Shown: positions 1 through 11,929 of the stretch, piece after piece
How positions within the stretch are numbered: the stretch's first letter is position 1
How the letters are laid out: each line of letters begins with the position of its first letter
Assembly: GCA_048213135.1 (NCBI GenBank)
Contig: PS015252.1
Coordinates: 64,233-128,232, forward strand
Length of the DNA stretch: 64,000 nucleotides
Direction of reading: 5' to 3'
DNA from: Reclinomonas americana ATCC 50394
Taxonomy: Eukaryota
Notes under the pieces: generated by a model
What the model was told of the DNA's origin: nothing
Databases searched by the model: none
What the model saw: only the letters and a program-made list of their open reading frames with translations
Program-made: the position numbers and the translations under genes

Positions 1-61
1 GCATGACGAAACGCTCTCTTTTACTTTTGAGTGCTCATTTCCCTTTTTCCCCCTCCCACAG

Positions 62-1566
62 AGCGACCAAGCGCGCGTGATGGGCTACGTGCAGCAGCTG
101 GAGAACTACGACGGCGTGGAGGTGGCCAAGATCACTTTCGAAGCCGAGCTGTACGAGGAGTGCTTCTTTGTGTACAAGAAGCACAACATGCGCAAGGAGG
201 CCATTGGCGTCCTGCTGCACCAGATCCGCGATGTGGTGCGCGCTCAGGAGTACGCCGACCGCGTGGACGACAAGGAGGTGTACTCGCTGCTCGGCCGCGC
301 TCAGGTCGACCACAACCTCATTCGCGAGGCCATTGGTGAGTGCACTGATGCAGGGAGGGAACGAGGGAGGGAGGGAGAGAGGATGGGTTGCTGACTCGCC
401 ATTCTTTTGTACAGCTTCGTACATGAAGGCCGACGATCCCAACGACTTTGCTGTCGTGATTGAGGGCGTCAACCGCGTGCAGGACTTCTACGCCGACCTC
501 ATCAAGTTCCTGACGATGTGCCGCAAGAAGATCAAGGACAACATGATCGACACGGAGCTGGTGTACTCGTTCGCCCGCATCAACAAGCTTGCGGAGCTCG
601 AGGACTTCATCTCGGCCACCAACATTGCCAAGCTGCAGCAGGTCGGCGACCGCTGCTTCGAGGAGGCCATGTACGAGGCTGCCAAGATTCTGTTCCGACA
701 CACTGGCAACAATGCCAAGCTGGCGTCGACCTTCCTCAAGCTGCACGACTACCCGTCCGCGTACGATGCGGCCAAGAAGGCCAGCAACATCCGGTGAGTG
801 ACACTTTCTACGATGCAGTCTTTATGTGTGTGCGTGTGCGCTAAAATCATCTTCTCTCCCGCCACCACAGTACCTGGAAGGAGGTCGCCATTGCTTGCAT
901 TGACGCCCAGCAGTTCCAGCTGGCTCACATGGCCGCGCTGAACATTGTGGTGTCGGTCGACCACATGGACGCCATCATCAACCACTACGAGTCGAAGGGT
1001 CTCTTCAACGAGGTCATTCACCTGCTCGAGGTCGGTCTGTCGATGGAGAAGGCTCACCCTGGCATGTTCACCGAGCTCGGTGTGTTGTACGCCAAGTACA
1101 AGCCGGAGAAGCTCATGGAGCACATTCGCCTCTTCCACAAGAAGGTCAACACCAGCAAGCTGTTGCGCGCGTGCGAGACTCACCACCACTGGCGCGAGCT
1201 GCGCTACCTGTACTCGCTCATTGACGAGCACGACAATGCCGTGCGCGTCATGATTGACCACTCGGTCGAGTCATGGGAGCACTCCGTCTTCAAGGAGGAG
1301 GTCGTGCAGGTCCGCAACCTCGAGCTGTACTACCGGGTACGTTGGTTTTGGGTAGAATGCAATGCTGACTGGCTGGGGGAAGTGAGTGCTCAATATTTTT
1401 TTGTCGTGTGCAGTCGGTCACGTTCTACTTGGACGAGCAACCCGAGATGTTGGTCGACCTCATGGCGTCGCTGTCATCACGCATTGACCACGCCCGTGTG
1501 GTCAATGAGGTGCGCCGCATGGGCCACCTGCCGCTGATCAAGCCGTACATGCAGTCGGTGCAGCCG
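62..1566 (+). CDS. CLTC: Clathrin heavy chain, internal exons (partial at both ends)
   Basis: Spliced exons (about 62-336, 415-794, 871-1336, 1414-1566) give MGYVQQLENYD..AELYEECFFVYKK..SYMKADDP..IDTELVYSFARINKLAELEDFISATNIAKLQQVGDRCFEEAMYEAAKILF..TWKEVAIACID..GMFTELGVLYAKYKPEKLMEH..IDHARVV..HLPLIKPYMQSVQ, the CHC repeat region. All four donors canonical (G|GTGAGT, G|GTACGT). Cut by the N gap at 1602-1621. Confidence 0.96.
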
Positions 1567-1621
1567 GTGAGTGCCACGCTGTGTGTGCGACCTTGTATGA
1601 GNNNNNNNNNNNNNNNNNNNN

Positions 1622-4182
1622 GGGCAAACGCCGTGTGGAACTCGATCTTTTTCCGTGCCTGTCGCAGCGTGGTCGCCAGGGTCTCCCGAACCTCTGCATC
1701 CTCCTCATCTTCTTCGTCCGCGCCACGCTTCCGGTGCTGCGCCTTGAGTTCGTGACTGGTCGCGCGCAGCAACCGCGCGAGATGCCAGAGGGCACGAATG
1801 GCATAGACGGCGTCGTCGGTGGCGGCGGAGCTCCTCCGTCGGCCGCAGCCCGCGCTCTCCAAGACCTCGGCCGTGTCGCGCAGGCAGGAGAGCGAGAAGG
1901 CGGTGGAGTCGAAGAGGGAGGACTGCGCGCGCAAGGGAAAGGGGTAATAGGGAAAGGGAGGGGTGAGGGAAAGGGGATGGGAGGGAAAGGAGATGAGGGA
2001 GCGGGAGGCAAGGGAGAAGGCGAAGGGAAGTGAGAAGGCGAGGGGAAGGGTGGAGTGGAGGAGGAGAGCGATGCAATGAAGGAGGAGAGCGATGCAAAGA
2101 AGGAGGAGGAGAGCGATGCATCGAAGGAAGGAGGAGAGCGACGCGCCGAAGGGAGGAGAGCGACACGCTGAAGGTAGGAGAGCGATGCATCGAAGGAGGA
2201 GAGCGATACACCGAAAGGAGGAGAGCGACGCACCGAAAGAAGGAGAGCGACGCACCGAAGGAAGGAGAGCGACGCACCAAAGGAGACCGACGCACCGAAG
2301 AAGGAGAGCGACGCACCAAAGGAGAGCGATGCACCGAAGGGAGGAGAGCGATGCAATGAAGGAGGCGGAAAGCGATGCACAGAAGGGGGAGGAGAGGGAT
2401 GCACCAAAGGAGGAGAGCGATGCACCGAAGGGGGAGGAGAGCGACGCGCCGAAGGGAGGAGAGCGACGCGCCGAAGGGAGGAGAGCCATGCAAAAGGAGG
2501 AGAGCGATGCACCGAAGGGAGGAGAGCGACGCGCCGAAGGGAGGAGAGCGACGCGCCGAAGGGAGGAGAGCGACGCGCCGAAGGGGGAGGAGAGCGATAC
2601 AATGAAAGGAGGAGAGCGAAGCACTGAAAGGAGGATAGCGACGCACCGAAGGAGGAGAGCGATGCATTGAAGGGAGGAGAGCGACACGCTCAGACAGTTG
2701 AGTACACACACATCAAACACGCACCTGATGCGTCTTGGCCAGCAGCGTATCAATCGTCTCCGGCAACGCCAAGTGCGGCTTCACCGCCGGCCCCTGCGGC
2801 AAGAAGAGGCAAGACAACTGGAAGAAGGCGATCGAGGCCCCGACCGAGTCGCTCAACCAATCGCCGTTGTACAGGCGCATCACGTAGCAGTACGAGTACC
2901 TGTGTGCGCGCAACTGTCACCAAACAGTCCCACACTCGCGCGACAGAGGAAAAAACGAAACAGCAGGTCCACGAGGTTCCACAGCAACGTCGGATGCGGT
3001 GGCTTGCTGGTCAATCGCTCAAACGGAGGCACATCGTCCATCGACGGCAACTGCGGAGGCGCCGTGGTCTCCCCCGCATCGCTGTCGTCGCCACCAGCTG
3101 CCTCAATGGCTGCCTTTTGCCACCACGGCACCCACAGTTCCACCAAGTGCGACAAGCGACCATCAGCCACCGCCCGCAGAAACTCTTGCTGATCGACCTG
3201 CATCTCCTCCTCTTCCTCGTCTTCATCCTCCTCCTCGTCTCCATGCATCATCATGTCCACCCAATCAGGCTCCTGCTCCGCACGCTCACGATCCCGTTTC
3301 AACACCTCCAGAGTCTCCCGTCGCACGCGCTCACTGGCCACTCCATCGTCGCTCTCCATCACGCTGCGAATGAGCGAGGCCGAGAGTTGTTCCACGCACT
3401 GGGCGCTGTGATTCTGCGCGAGAGGGAGAAGAGAGGGAGTGAGGGAGGGAGGAGGTGGAGGAGGAGGAGGAATTGGAGAAGAAGGAGGAGGAGGAATTGG
3501 AGAAGAAGGAGGAGGAGGAGGAGGATGAGGAGGAGGAGGAGGAGAAGAAGGAGGAGGAGCAGGAGGAGGAGGAGGAGGAGGAGGAGGACAAGAAGGAGAA
3601 GGAGAGGAAGATGAAGAGGGAGGAGGAGGAGACGAAGAAGAAGAGGAAGAAGAAGAAGAAGAACAAGAAGAACAAGAAGAACAATAAGAAGAAGAAGAAG
3701 AAGAAGAAGATGAAGAAGAAGAAGGAGGGGGAGAAGAAGAAGAAGAACAAGAAGAAGAAGAAGGAGGAGAAGAAGAAGAAGAAGAGCAGGGTGAAGAAGG
3801 AGAAGAAGATGATGATGATGAACAAGACGAAGAAGATGAAGAAGAAGAAAAAGAAGAACAAGAACAAGAAGAATAACAGGGAGAAGAAGGGAAGGAGAAG
3901 AAGATGCACGAGAACGAGAAGAAGGATGAGGAGGACAAGGAGGATGAGGAGGAGACGATGCATTCACGCAACTCGATAACAGTCGACGCTGCAGTACGGA
4001 ACAAAGCAGCGCGGGCAGGTGTATCGCGTGGCCTCATGCTGGCATCTGCGTCGACAGACGAGTCAGAACATCAGCAAGAGAGCGTGCTGCAGACGGAGCT
4101 CTCATACTCACACTCGACACACTCGTTGCGCGTTCGATGGGCGCAGATACTCATCGCCACGAACGGGCACTCCCGCAAGCAT
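1622..4182 (-). CDS. ZNHIT2: Zinc finger HIT domain protein, ZNHIT2-like (3' end lost in gap)
   Basis: Spliced ATG 4182 MLAGVPV..RVCRVCQHEATRYTCPRCFVPYCSVDCYR|NHSAQCVEQ (zf-HIT). Later LVELWVPWW, PPFERLTSKPPHPTLLWNLVDLLYSYCYVMRLYNGDW and ARKKIEF match the ZNHIT2 layout. A further upstream exon cannot be excluded. Confidence 0.82.
2060..2690. repeat. Intronic minisatellite, about 20-24 bp units (GGAGGAGAGCGAYGCRCCGAAG)
   Basis: Many tandem degenerate copies inside a ZNHIT2 intron; explains the repetitive spurious ORFs on both strands. Confidence 0.9.
3420..3960. repeat. About 540 bp (GAG)n/(GAA)n purine triplet tract in ZNHIT2 intron
   Basis: Almost pure A/G on the + strand between donor 3972 and acceptor about 3415. 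Confidence 0.92.
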
Positions 4183-4255
4183 GATTGATTGATCGCTTTG
4201 CGACGTTTTGACCTGCGAGGACAAGTCGATTTTGACTGTGTAGTGTCTGAGGAGG
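4183..4255. promoter_or_regulatory. Putative 73 bp bidirectional promoter/UTR interval between ZNHIT2 and CRNKL1
   Basis: Divergent ATGs at 4182 (-) and 4256 (+). Confidence 0.55.
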
Positions 4256-4480
4256 ATGGACGCAGGCAGTGGCTCAGGCTATGGTGGACTGGGCAGTGGA
4301 GGCCGCGGAGGAGGAGGTGCGGGTGGTGCAGGTGGTGCCCCGGGAGGCGGAGGAGGTGCTGCGCGACAGCCGCGTGTGTCGCGACCGGTGCAAGTTGCGT
4401 AGAATGTGAGAGAGAGAGAGAGCGAGGGAAGAGTGAATGCGTGCGTGTTGTCATTAGAGACTCGCTTGACTCTGTGCGCA

Positions 4481-4512
<32 letters not shown>

Positions 4513-7500
4513 GAGAGAGAAATGCATTGTGTTTGCATTTTGCTGATCACATGCTGCTCTCTGTCTCCCTCACACGCATACACACGTTCACATAGAACGA
4601 CACACTCATGCCTCGCTGTTGAGCAGCAACGAGAGCGAGAGAGTGTGTGCGTGGGGAGAGAGTGTGTTGTGCGCGCCATTTCCACTCACTTTGTTTTGTT
4701 TGTTTTGTTTGTTAGGTGAAGAACAAGGCGCCGGCGCCGGTGCAGATTACAGCTGAGCAGCTGCTTCGTGAGGCTTATGAGCGGCAGGAGGCGCCGCCGA
4801 AGCCGCCGAAGCAGATGATTGTGGATGAGGCTGAGTTGATGGAGTATCGGTGAGTAGATGAGGGGGTGGGAAGAGAGGAGAAGTAGAGAGAGTTGTGCGT
4901 GCAGGTATCTCAAGGACAGGCAGAGAAAAGTTGCATTTGAGGGGGAGGCAAGTTGTCTTTGTGAGCAGGTAGATCAGGGTGCCCGTTGTTGCAGTGCGTT
5001 GCTGGGGGAGACGAGCTGTCTTTGTGAGCAGGCAGATCAGGGTGCCCGTTGTTGCAGTGCGTTGCTGGGGGAGACAAGTTGTCTTTGTGAGCAGGCAGAT
5101 TTGAGTGCTGGTTGTTGCAGTGCGTTGCTTGGGGAGACAAGCTGTCTTTGTGAGCAGGCAGATCAGAGTGCTGGTTGTTGCAGTGCGTTGCTGGGGGAGA
5201 CAAGCTGTCTTTGTGAGCAGGCAGATCAGGGTGCCCGTTGTTGCAGTGCGTTGCTTGGGGAGACCAGCTGTCTTTGTGAGCAGGCAGATCAGAGTGCTGG
5301 TTGTTGCTCCAGCTGTCGCATCGTGATGAGTGCACTCTTTGGGGAGTGAGCCGATAGATCACTATGCTGGTCGTTCTTCATGTGCGTGTGGTATCAGCTG
5401 TCGCATCGTGATGACGTGCCTTGTGAGGGCACAAAGAATAACCACGAGAGCGTTGGTATCAGCGCGGTGGGGAGGCAGAGTGTCTCTGTACGCATCTCGC
5501 TGGTTGTCGTTCTGCGTGTGTGTTCGATCAGCTGTCGCAGCGTGATAAGTGCATTGTGGAGGGAGACGAGTTGTCTTTGTGAGCAGGCAGATCAGGGTGC
5601 TGGGTCGTTGCTCCAGCTGTCGCAGAGTGATGAGTGCATTGTGGGGAGAGGCAAGTTGTCTCTGTCCGCAGACAGATTACGCTGCTTGTTGTTCTCTTGT
5701 GTGTGTGTTTGATATCAGCTGTCGCAGCGCCATGAGTGCGTTTGTTTAGGGAGAGACGTGTTGTCTGTGTGAGGGTGCTGGTCGTTGCTCTGGTTGCTGC
5801 AGCGCTGTGATTGCATTCTTGGGGGATGAGCTAGCAGGTCACGTTTGCTTGTCGTTCTTCGTGTGTGTATTTGATGTCAGCTGTCGCAGCGCCATGAGTG
5901 CGTTTGTTTAGGGAGAGACGTGTTGTCTGTGTGAGGGTGCTGGTCGTTGCTCTAGTTGCAGCAGCTGTGATTGCATTCTTGGGGAATGAGCTAGCAGGTC
6001 ACTGTGCTTGTCGTTCTTCGTGTGCATTTGGTATCAGCTGTCGCCGCGCCATGGGTGTGTTGTTGAGAGAGACATGTTGTGTTTGTGAGCAGACAGACAG
6101 CGGTGGTTATTGTTGCTCCCGCTGCCGCAGCGTGACGAGTGGGTTTGGTAGAGGCGATTGGCTGGGAAGGAGATCAACTCTTCCTGTGTATCCCTTTTGC
6201 TCCCGTCCTGTTACTCACTCCTTCCTCTCTTCCCCGCAGCACCAACAAGCGCAAGGAGTTCGAGGACCGCCTGCGCATTCAGCGACACGACATCAACTAC
6301 TGGGTCAAGTACGCCAAGTGGGAGGAGTCGCAGCGCGAGTTCGAGCGGTGAGTATCGCACGCCCTCTCTCTCGCGCGCTCTCTCTCTCTCTCTCTTTTAT
6401 GTATTCACGGCGAGTTCCATGCAGTGCACGGTCAATCTATGAGCGCGCTGCCGACATGGACTACCGCCATGCCAATCTGTGGCTGCAGTACGCCCAGATG
6501 GAGATGAAGCATCGTTTCATCAACCATGCGCGCAACGTCTGGGATCGCGCCGTCACGCTGCTACCCCGCGTGGACAAGGTTTGTCAAGCAATGTGCGACG
6601 TGCGAAGCGTGTGCCACGGCACTGACTCGTGTGTGTGTGCGTGCTTTCTATGTAGTTTTGGTTCAAGTATGCATACATGGAGGAGATGCTGGGCGACGTG
6701 CCGGCGGCACGACAGGTGTTTGAGCGATGGATGCAGTGGAAGCCGGAGGAGCCATCGTGGCAAGCGTACATCAAGATGGAGATGCGCTACAAGGAGATTG
6801 AGCGAGCGCGTGCCATTTACCAGCGATGTTGAGTGTGGAATTTTGTGGCACTCACGTGCGCTCTTGTTGCTGACTCTCACATGCGTGCAGTCGCCGAGTG
6901 CCACACCAAAGTCCGCACCTTTATCAAGTGGGCCAAGTTCGAGGAGAAGCTGAACAACGTGGCCGGAGCGCGAGCGGTGTACGAACTCGCTACCGACACG
7001 CTGGGCGAGGATGCGAGTGATGAGACGCTGTTTGTCTCGTTTGCCAAGTTTGAGGAACGGTGCGTTGGCCCTCTTTATAGCCTCCTCTTCCACTTCGTCT
7101 CACTTGTGTTGTGGCAGGTGTCGAGAGATTGAGCGTGCACGCATGATTTACAAGTTCGCCCTCGACCACCTGCCAAAGGATCGCGCCACGGAGTTGTACA
7201 AGACCTACATGTCGTTCGAGAAGCAATACGGCGACCGTGAGGGCATTGAGGATGCGCTGGTGTCGAAGCGGAGACTGCAGTACGAGGAGGTGTGACGTAA
7301 CGTGCTGCTGCTTCCTTCATTCCTGTTGCTGACACATGCAAGCAGGAGATTGCCAAGAATCCGATGAACTACGACACGTGGTTCGACTACATTCGACTGG
7401 AGGAGTCGGCGGGCAACCAGGAGCGCCTGTTCGAGGTGTGCGAGCGAGCCATTGCCAACATTCCACCGGTGGCCGAGAAGAGGTACTGGAAGCGCTACAT

Positions 7501-8046
7501 TTACTTGTGGATCTTGTTTGCGTTGAACGCGGAGTTGCTGGCACGAGTTGCGTACCTTCCTCCGACACTGCCTGTCGTTTTATTTTGCTGCACGCTGCTC
7601 ACGATCTCACAGGACGCAGCAAAGACGCGCGACGTGTATCGCGAGTGCCTCAAGCTCATTCCGCACAAGCAGTTCACGTTCTCCAAGATATGGATTCTCT
7701 ACGCCAAGTTCGAGTTGCGACAGCGCAATCTCGCCGAGGCGCGCAAGATCTACGGCAATGCTATCGGTCGCTGCCCCTCGGAGAAGGTGTTTTCGGCGTA
7801 CATTGCGTTGGAGCAGACGTTGGGAGAGGTGAGGGATGCATTTGGGGGAAGGGAGAGGGAGAGGGAGGAAGATGCTCATTGCTGTGTGACATAGATTGAG
7901 CGATGCCGCACGCTGTTCAACAAGTTCTTGGAGTTCGATTCGGCCAACTGCAATGCGTGGGTTCAGTTTGCGGGACTCGAGACGGCGCTTGGTTAGTGCG
8001 GAGAAGGGGCAAGAGAGGAAAGGGAGGGAGGGAGTGGGGGGAGGTA

Positions 8047-8106
<60 letters not shown>

Positions 8107-8496
8107 TAGTAGTAGTAGTAGTACGGTACGGTACGGTACGGTACGGTACGGTACGTACGTACGTTCGGTTACGGTTTAGGTACGGTAGGTACGGTAGGTA
8201 GGTAGNNNNNNNNNNNNNNNNNNNNTCCACGTCCCTCGTCGGTTGCCGTTCGTCGAGTACGTCACGGTAGAGAGAGAGAGAGAGAGAGAGATACTTGCGA
8301 TTGCAGGGGTTACAGAGGCTTGCACTCGTGGGTTTTTGTGACGGTGAGAGACGTTGTGTATGGAAGTGTGTGAGAGAGAGACTGAGAGAGATGGCAGTCA
8401 ACTGAGGGCAAGGAGTAACTGAGGAGGAGGACTGCGATGAACAGTGTCACCCGTGCAAAGTAAAAGAGTGAGAATGGTGGATCGCAAGAGAGTTTG

Positions 8497-8537
<41 letters not shown>

Positions 8538-9597
8538 TGTGCTTGGGGATGAGCTGCAGATGCGTGAGTCAGCAGCAATGGACAAGTGTCATCTGAGAGG
8601 CAAGGAGTAATTGAGCTACGTTTCTGTGCGAAACAGTGTGACCCGTACACAGCAGAAGAGATAGAGTGCGTGTATGTGCAGGTGTGCATGATTGGAGAGG
8701 CTCATAGTTGCAGGATGGGAGAGAGTGGGAGACTCTGGTCGCGTGTGCCTCTGGGTGTGCGACCGACGAGATGCATGTGTTAAAAACCTGCAGGAGTGTC
8801 GAAGAACGAGAATGAGAAACAGTGATGAGATGTTGTCAGAATCACCGGCGATAGCGTTGAGTTCCCTTCTCCACCCTCTTGTCTCGCTCCCCCCGTATTC
8901 TTCCCCGCTTTCCCCCCTCGCGTCTCACTCCCGTCTTCCTCCTCTTGTCTCCCTCTCCACTCACTCCCTTCCCCTTTTGTCTCCCCACTGTACAGGCGAG
9001 GACCAACGCGCACGAGCAATCTACGAAATCGCCGTCAACCAGCCCATCCTCGACATGCCGGAGGTGCTGTGGAAGTCGTACATTGACTTTGAGATTGCCA
9101 ACGGCAACGCCGACAATGTGCGCCTGCTGTACGAGCGCCTGTTGGAGCGCACCAAGCACGTCAAGGTGTGGATCTCGTATGCGTTGTACGAGACGACGGC
9201 GGGGGAGCTGGACGCCGCCCGTCACGTGTTCGAGAACGCCTACAAGTACTTCAAGGCCAACAACGACCGCAAGGAGGAGCGCGCGCTGCTGGTCGACAAT
9301 TGGCGCGACTTTGAGGAGCGTTGTGGCACGCCAGAGCAGGCGGCCGAGGTGCGCAAGAAGATGCCGCAGAAGATCATCAGGAAGCGACCGATTGTGGCGG
9401 AGGATGGCGAGACGGCCGGCTGGGAGGAGTACTACGACTACGTGTTCCCCGACGACGAGCAGGCAAAGCCGAATCTCAAGCTGTTGGCGCGCGCTCACGC
9501 CTGGAAGCGCCAGAAGCAGGATGTCGGCGCTGGCGGAGGAGGAGGAGAAGCCGAAGCCAGTGGCGATGGCGGGGCGAGTGGTGCGGCTGATGAATAG
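4256..9597 (+). CDS. CRNKL1: Crooked-neck / Clf1 / Syf3 pre-mRNA splicing factor (HAT repeats)
   Basis: Gly-rich exon 1 4256-4393 (..RVSRPVQ) spliced to [20 protein letters not shown] at 4716. Then [125 protein letters not shown], stop 9597. Confidence 0.97.
4940..6140. repeat. 63 bp tandem minisatellite (about 6 clear copies, 4940-5310) decaying into longer degenerate duplications in CRNKL1 intron 2
   Basis: Unit GGGGAGACAAGCTGTCTTTGTGAGCAGGCAGATCAGGGTGCCCGTTGTTGCAGTGCGTTGCTG. A roughly 166 bp block is also repeated at about 5712-5877 and 5878-6045. Confidence 0.9.
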
Positions 9598-9819
9598 AGA
9601 AGAAGACGGGGGACNNNNNNNNNNNNNNNNNNNNAGAGAGAGAGAGAGAAAGGAGAAAAAAGGAGGACCATTGGAAAGGTCACCGTAGTAAACCTGTGTG
9701 TAGAAAAAAACGAGAGAAAGAAAAAACAACAGACTGTATTACTACTTTTCACACACGGGCACGAATTTGGGTGGCACACGTGCGCGCGGCACAAGCAGAC
9801 GGCTTGAGGTGCGCGACGA

Positions 9820-11678
9820 TCAGGAGGCCTTGAATACGAGTACGGCCAGGTTGCCGCCCCAGAACACAAACAGGAGGGTGTTGACCTACAGTGGTGAACA
9901 GGTGAGGAGAGAAAGAGGGAGAGGGGAGAGGGAGAAAAGAGTGTGTGCGGCGCAACTTCGTATGTGATTTCGAATGAAAAGTGCTCGCCGAGGATGACGT
10001 GCCAGGGGCCGCCCAGCTTCTTGTCGAGTGAGTCCTTGATGTACTTGGAGGCGCCCTGTCGATTGGAGAAGGGGGTGAGGGGGGAATGGGGGAAGGCGGA
10101 GGGTGAGGGGGGAAGGAGTGGGAAGGAGAGGGAAAGACAGAGGGGGAGCGGAAAAGAGCGGAGTTGAGTGAAGAGAGGTGCGACGTTATGCACGAGTCAG
10201 TGGAGCACGGAACGCATTATGGCGAGGAGGATGACAGAGGAGTAACGAGCTGCAGCTACCAGTGGAGGACGTGAAGACTGTGCACATGACTGGGCGGTCG
10301 ACAGGGAAGGAAGCGAGAGGAAGAGGAAGAGGAGTGGAATGCGGCACCGCGAGTGGAGGACGGGGAAGACACTAAGGGTATGAGCGCGTGGCGACAGACG
10401 AGGGGGAAAAGGGACAATACAACACGAAGCAATCGTGCATGCGATCGAGAGTAGGGAGGAAGGGACAGGAGTGGCGCATTGCGGTCGTAAGTGGGAAACA
10501 CAGCACGAAGCGAAAGCGCCTGCAAAGGAGAAGCAAGGTGGAAGATAGGGCAACGCAGCACGAGAGGCGAGAAGGAAGACAGGGAGAAGGGAGAGTAACA
10601 TTGCATTTGCCAGTGGAGGACGAGATAGACACACTGCACAAAGTGTCCGCGATGGAGAAGCGAGGTGGAAAAGAGAAAGATAGGGAAAGGAGTGGTAAGC
10701 AAAGTTTGCCAGAGGAGGGCGAGACAGAAACTGCACAAAGTGCCTGCGATCGAGAGGCGAGGAGGAAAAGAGAAAGATAGGGAAAGGAGAGGTGAGTTGA
10801 GCTTGCCAATGGAGGGCATGACAGAAACTACATGCGATCGAGATGAAAGGAGGAAGACAGGAGGTGCATGAATTGCAAGCTGTGTAAGAATGAGCTATCA
10901 CTAGATGGCGACAAGCGCGCAAGCACTGCGCGAGGAGTCTGCAGCGATTGTAAAAGTGAGCAAGGAAGCAGCGAGCGAGAGAGGAGTGGCACATTGCATT
11001 CGCCAGCGGATGATGCTGAGATACACGATAGAGAAGCAATGAGGAAGACAGAAGGGAAACGAGTGGCATGCTGCGAGCAGTCAGAAGAAGAAGGATGACA
11101 TGTAGTGGGGCAATCAACGATCAGTGGGCTGTTCGCGAGAGAGAAGACAGGGAAGAGCATGCTGCCTGTCAAGGGTTAGGCCCAGTCATGCCACCTCAAA
11201 GTGATCGCAAGAAGAGACAGACAGACAGAGAAAAAGAGAGAGAGAGAGAGAGAGAGAGACGCAACGAGCAGCTCTGTGAAGACTGCAAGCACAACGCTCC
11301 TTCCTCCCTTCGTCCTCCCACCCTCCTCCCTCCTCTCTCTCTCTCTCTTTGCTCGCTCTCAGTCACTCACCTCAAAATCATTTGCTGACGAGAACTTATC
11401 AATGGCAGTGGTGACGATTTCCACTGCGTCGATTCTCATATCCTCAGGCATGTCAGACTCCTGTTAACAACAGAGACACACACACACAGTGAGAGAGAAA
11501 GAGAAAGAGAGTGCGCGCGCGATCATTCAGTTTGCTCAGAGTAAACGGCCACGAAATCACGCTTTCTCTCTGTCTCTGTGTGTGTGAGAGACTGCGAAAG
11601 TGTGATCAACGCAACTGCCACCAGAGGTGTGTTCATGGACTTGAGAAGCGCCTCATTCGCGTCGACTTCCTCAGCCAT
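9820..11678 (-). CDS. DNAL4: Dynein axonemal light chain 4 (LC10-type)
   Basis: Four exons: MAEEVDANEALLKSMNTPLVA|ESDMPEDMRIDAVEIVTTAIDKFSSANDFE|GASKYIKDSLDKKLGGPWHVILGEHFSFEITYE|VNTLLFVFWGGNLAVLVFKAS*. The SDMP..WHV..GE.F.FEIT.EV..FGG pattern fits DNAL4. Confidence 0.92.
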
Positions 11679-11929
11679 CGTTGATCGTTTTTCCCGCCCA
11701 CACACTCACGCACGTGACACAACGGTTTTCCACCGTCCGAGTGGATGGACGGATTGATGTCTTTCGAAACAGGGGGGGGGTTGTGCTACTGCGGTGTTTT
11801 CCAATTGCAGAAGCTGCAGTAGGGAGGTTACTCGCCCGTTCCTTGTCGAGGATTACGAGAATGAGCCAAATGACAACTCAACAAGAGAATGAAAAACTAA
11901 ACACTTCATTCCCACATTCCAATAATGCG

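Noticed and set aside
1567-1625. Apparent truncated clathrin fused to antisense ZNHIT2 sequence
   Set aside because: The junction is a placeholder N gap. Both 3' ends are missing, so the real gap is larger; not a biological fusion.
2060-2690. Regularly spaced repeats as a CRISPR-like array or repetitive protein
   Set aside because: No unique spacers and units are contiguous; lies inside a well-defined spliceosomal intron.
3331-3979. Poly-E/K, poly-L and poly-S/F ORFs
   Set aside because: Translations of an intronic triplet repeat.
4608-4625. ATG CCT CGC TGT TGA as CRNKL1 start with TGA read-through or code reassignment
   Set aside because: A proper first exon at 4256-4393 splices in frame; TGA, TAG and TAA serve as stops elsewhere in the window.
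4858-5349. Cys-rich 21-aa repeat ORF (metallothionein-like)
   Set aside because: Translation of a 63 bp intronic minisatellite, with a non-ATG start and no splice support.
6828-6890. Non-GT (G|TT...AGN) intron interpretation of the shifted donors
   Set aside because: It would give Cys instead of the conserved Phe here and Val instead of the conserved Met at IFT140 16440; GT-AG cleavage fits better.
8100-8205. (GTA)n-(CGGTA)n-(TACG)n mosaic as telomere-like or novel satellite (similar at 27600-27672)
   Set aside because: Follows long (GA)n, abuts N gaps and drifts toward TACG periodicity, as expected for degraded pyrosequencing read ends.
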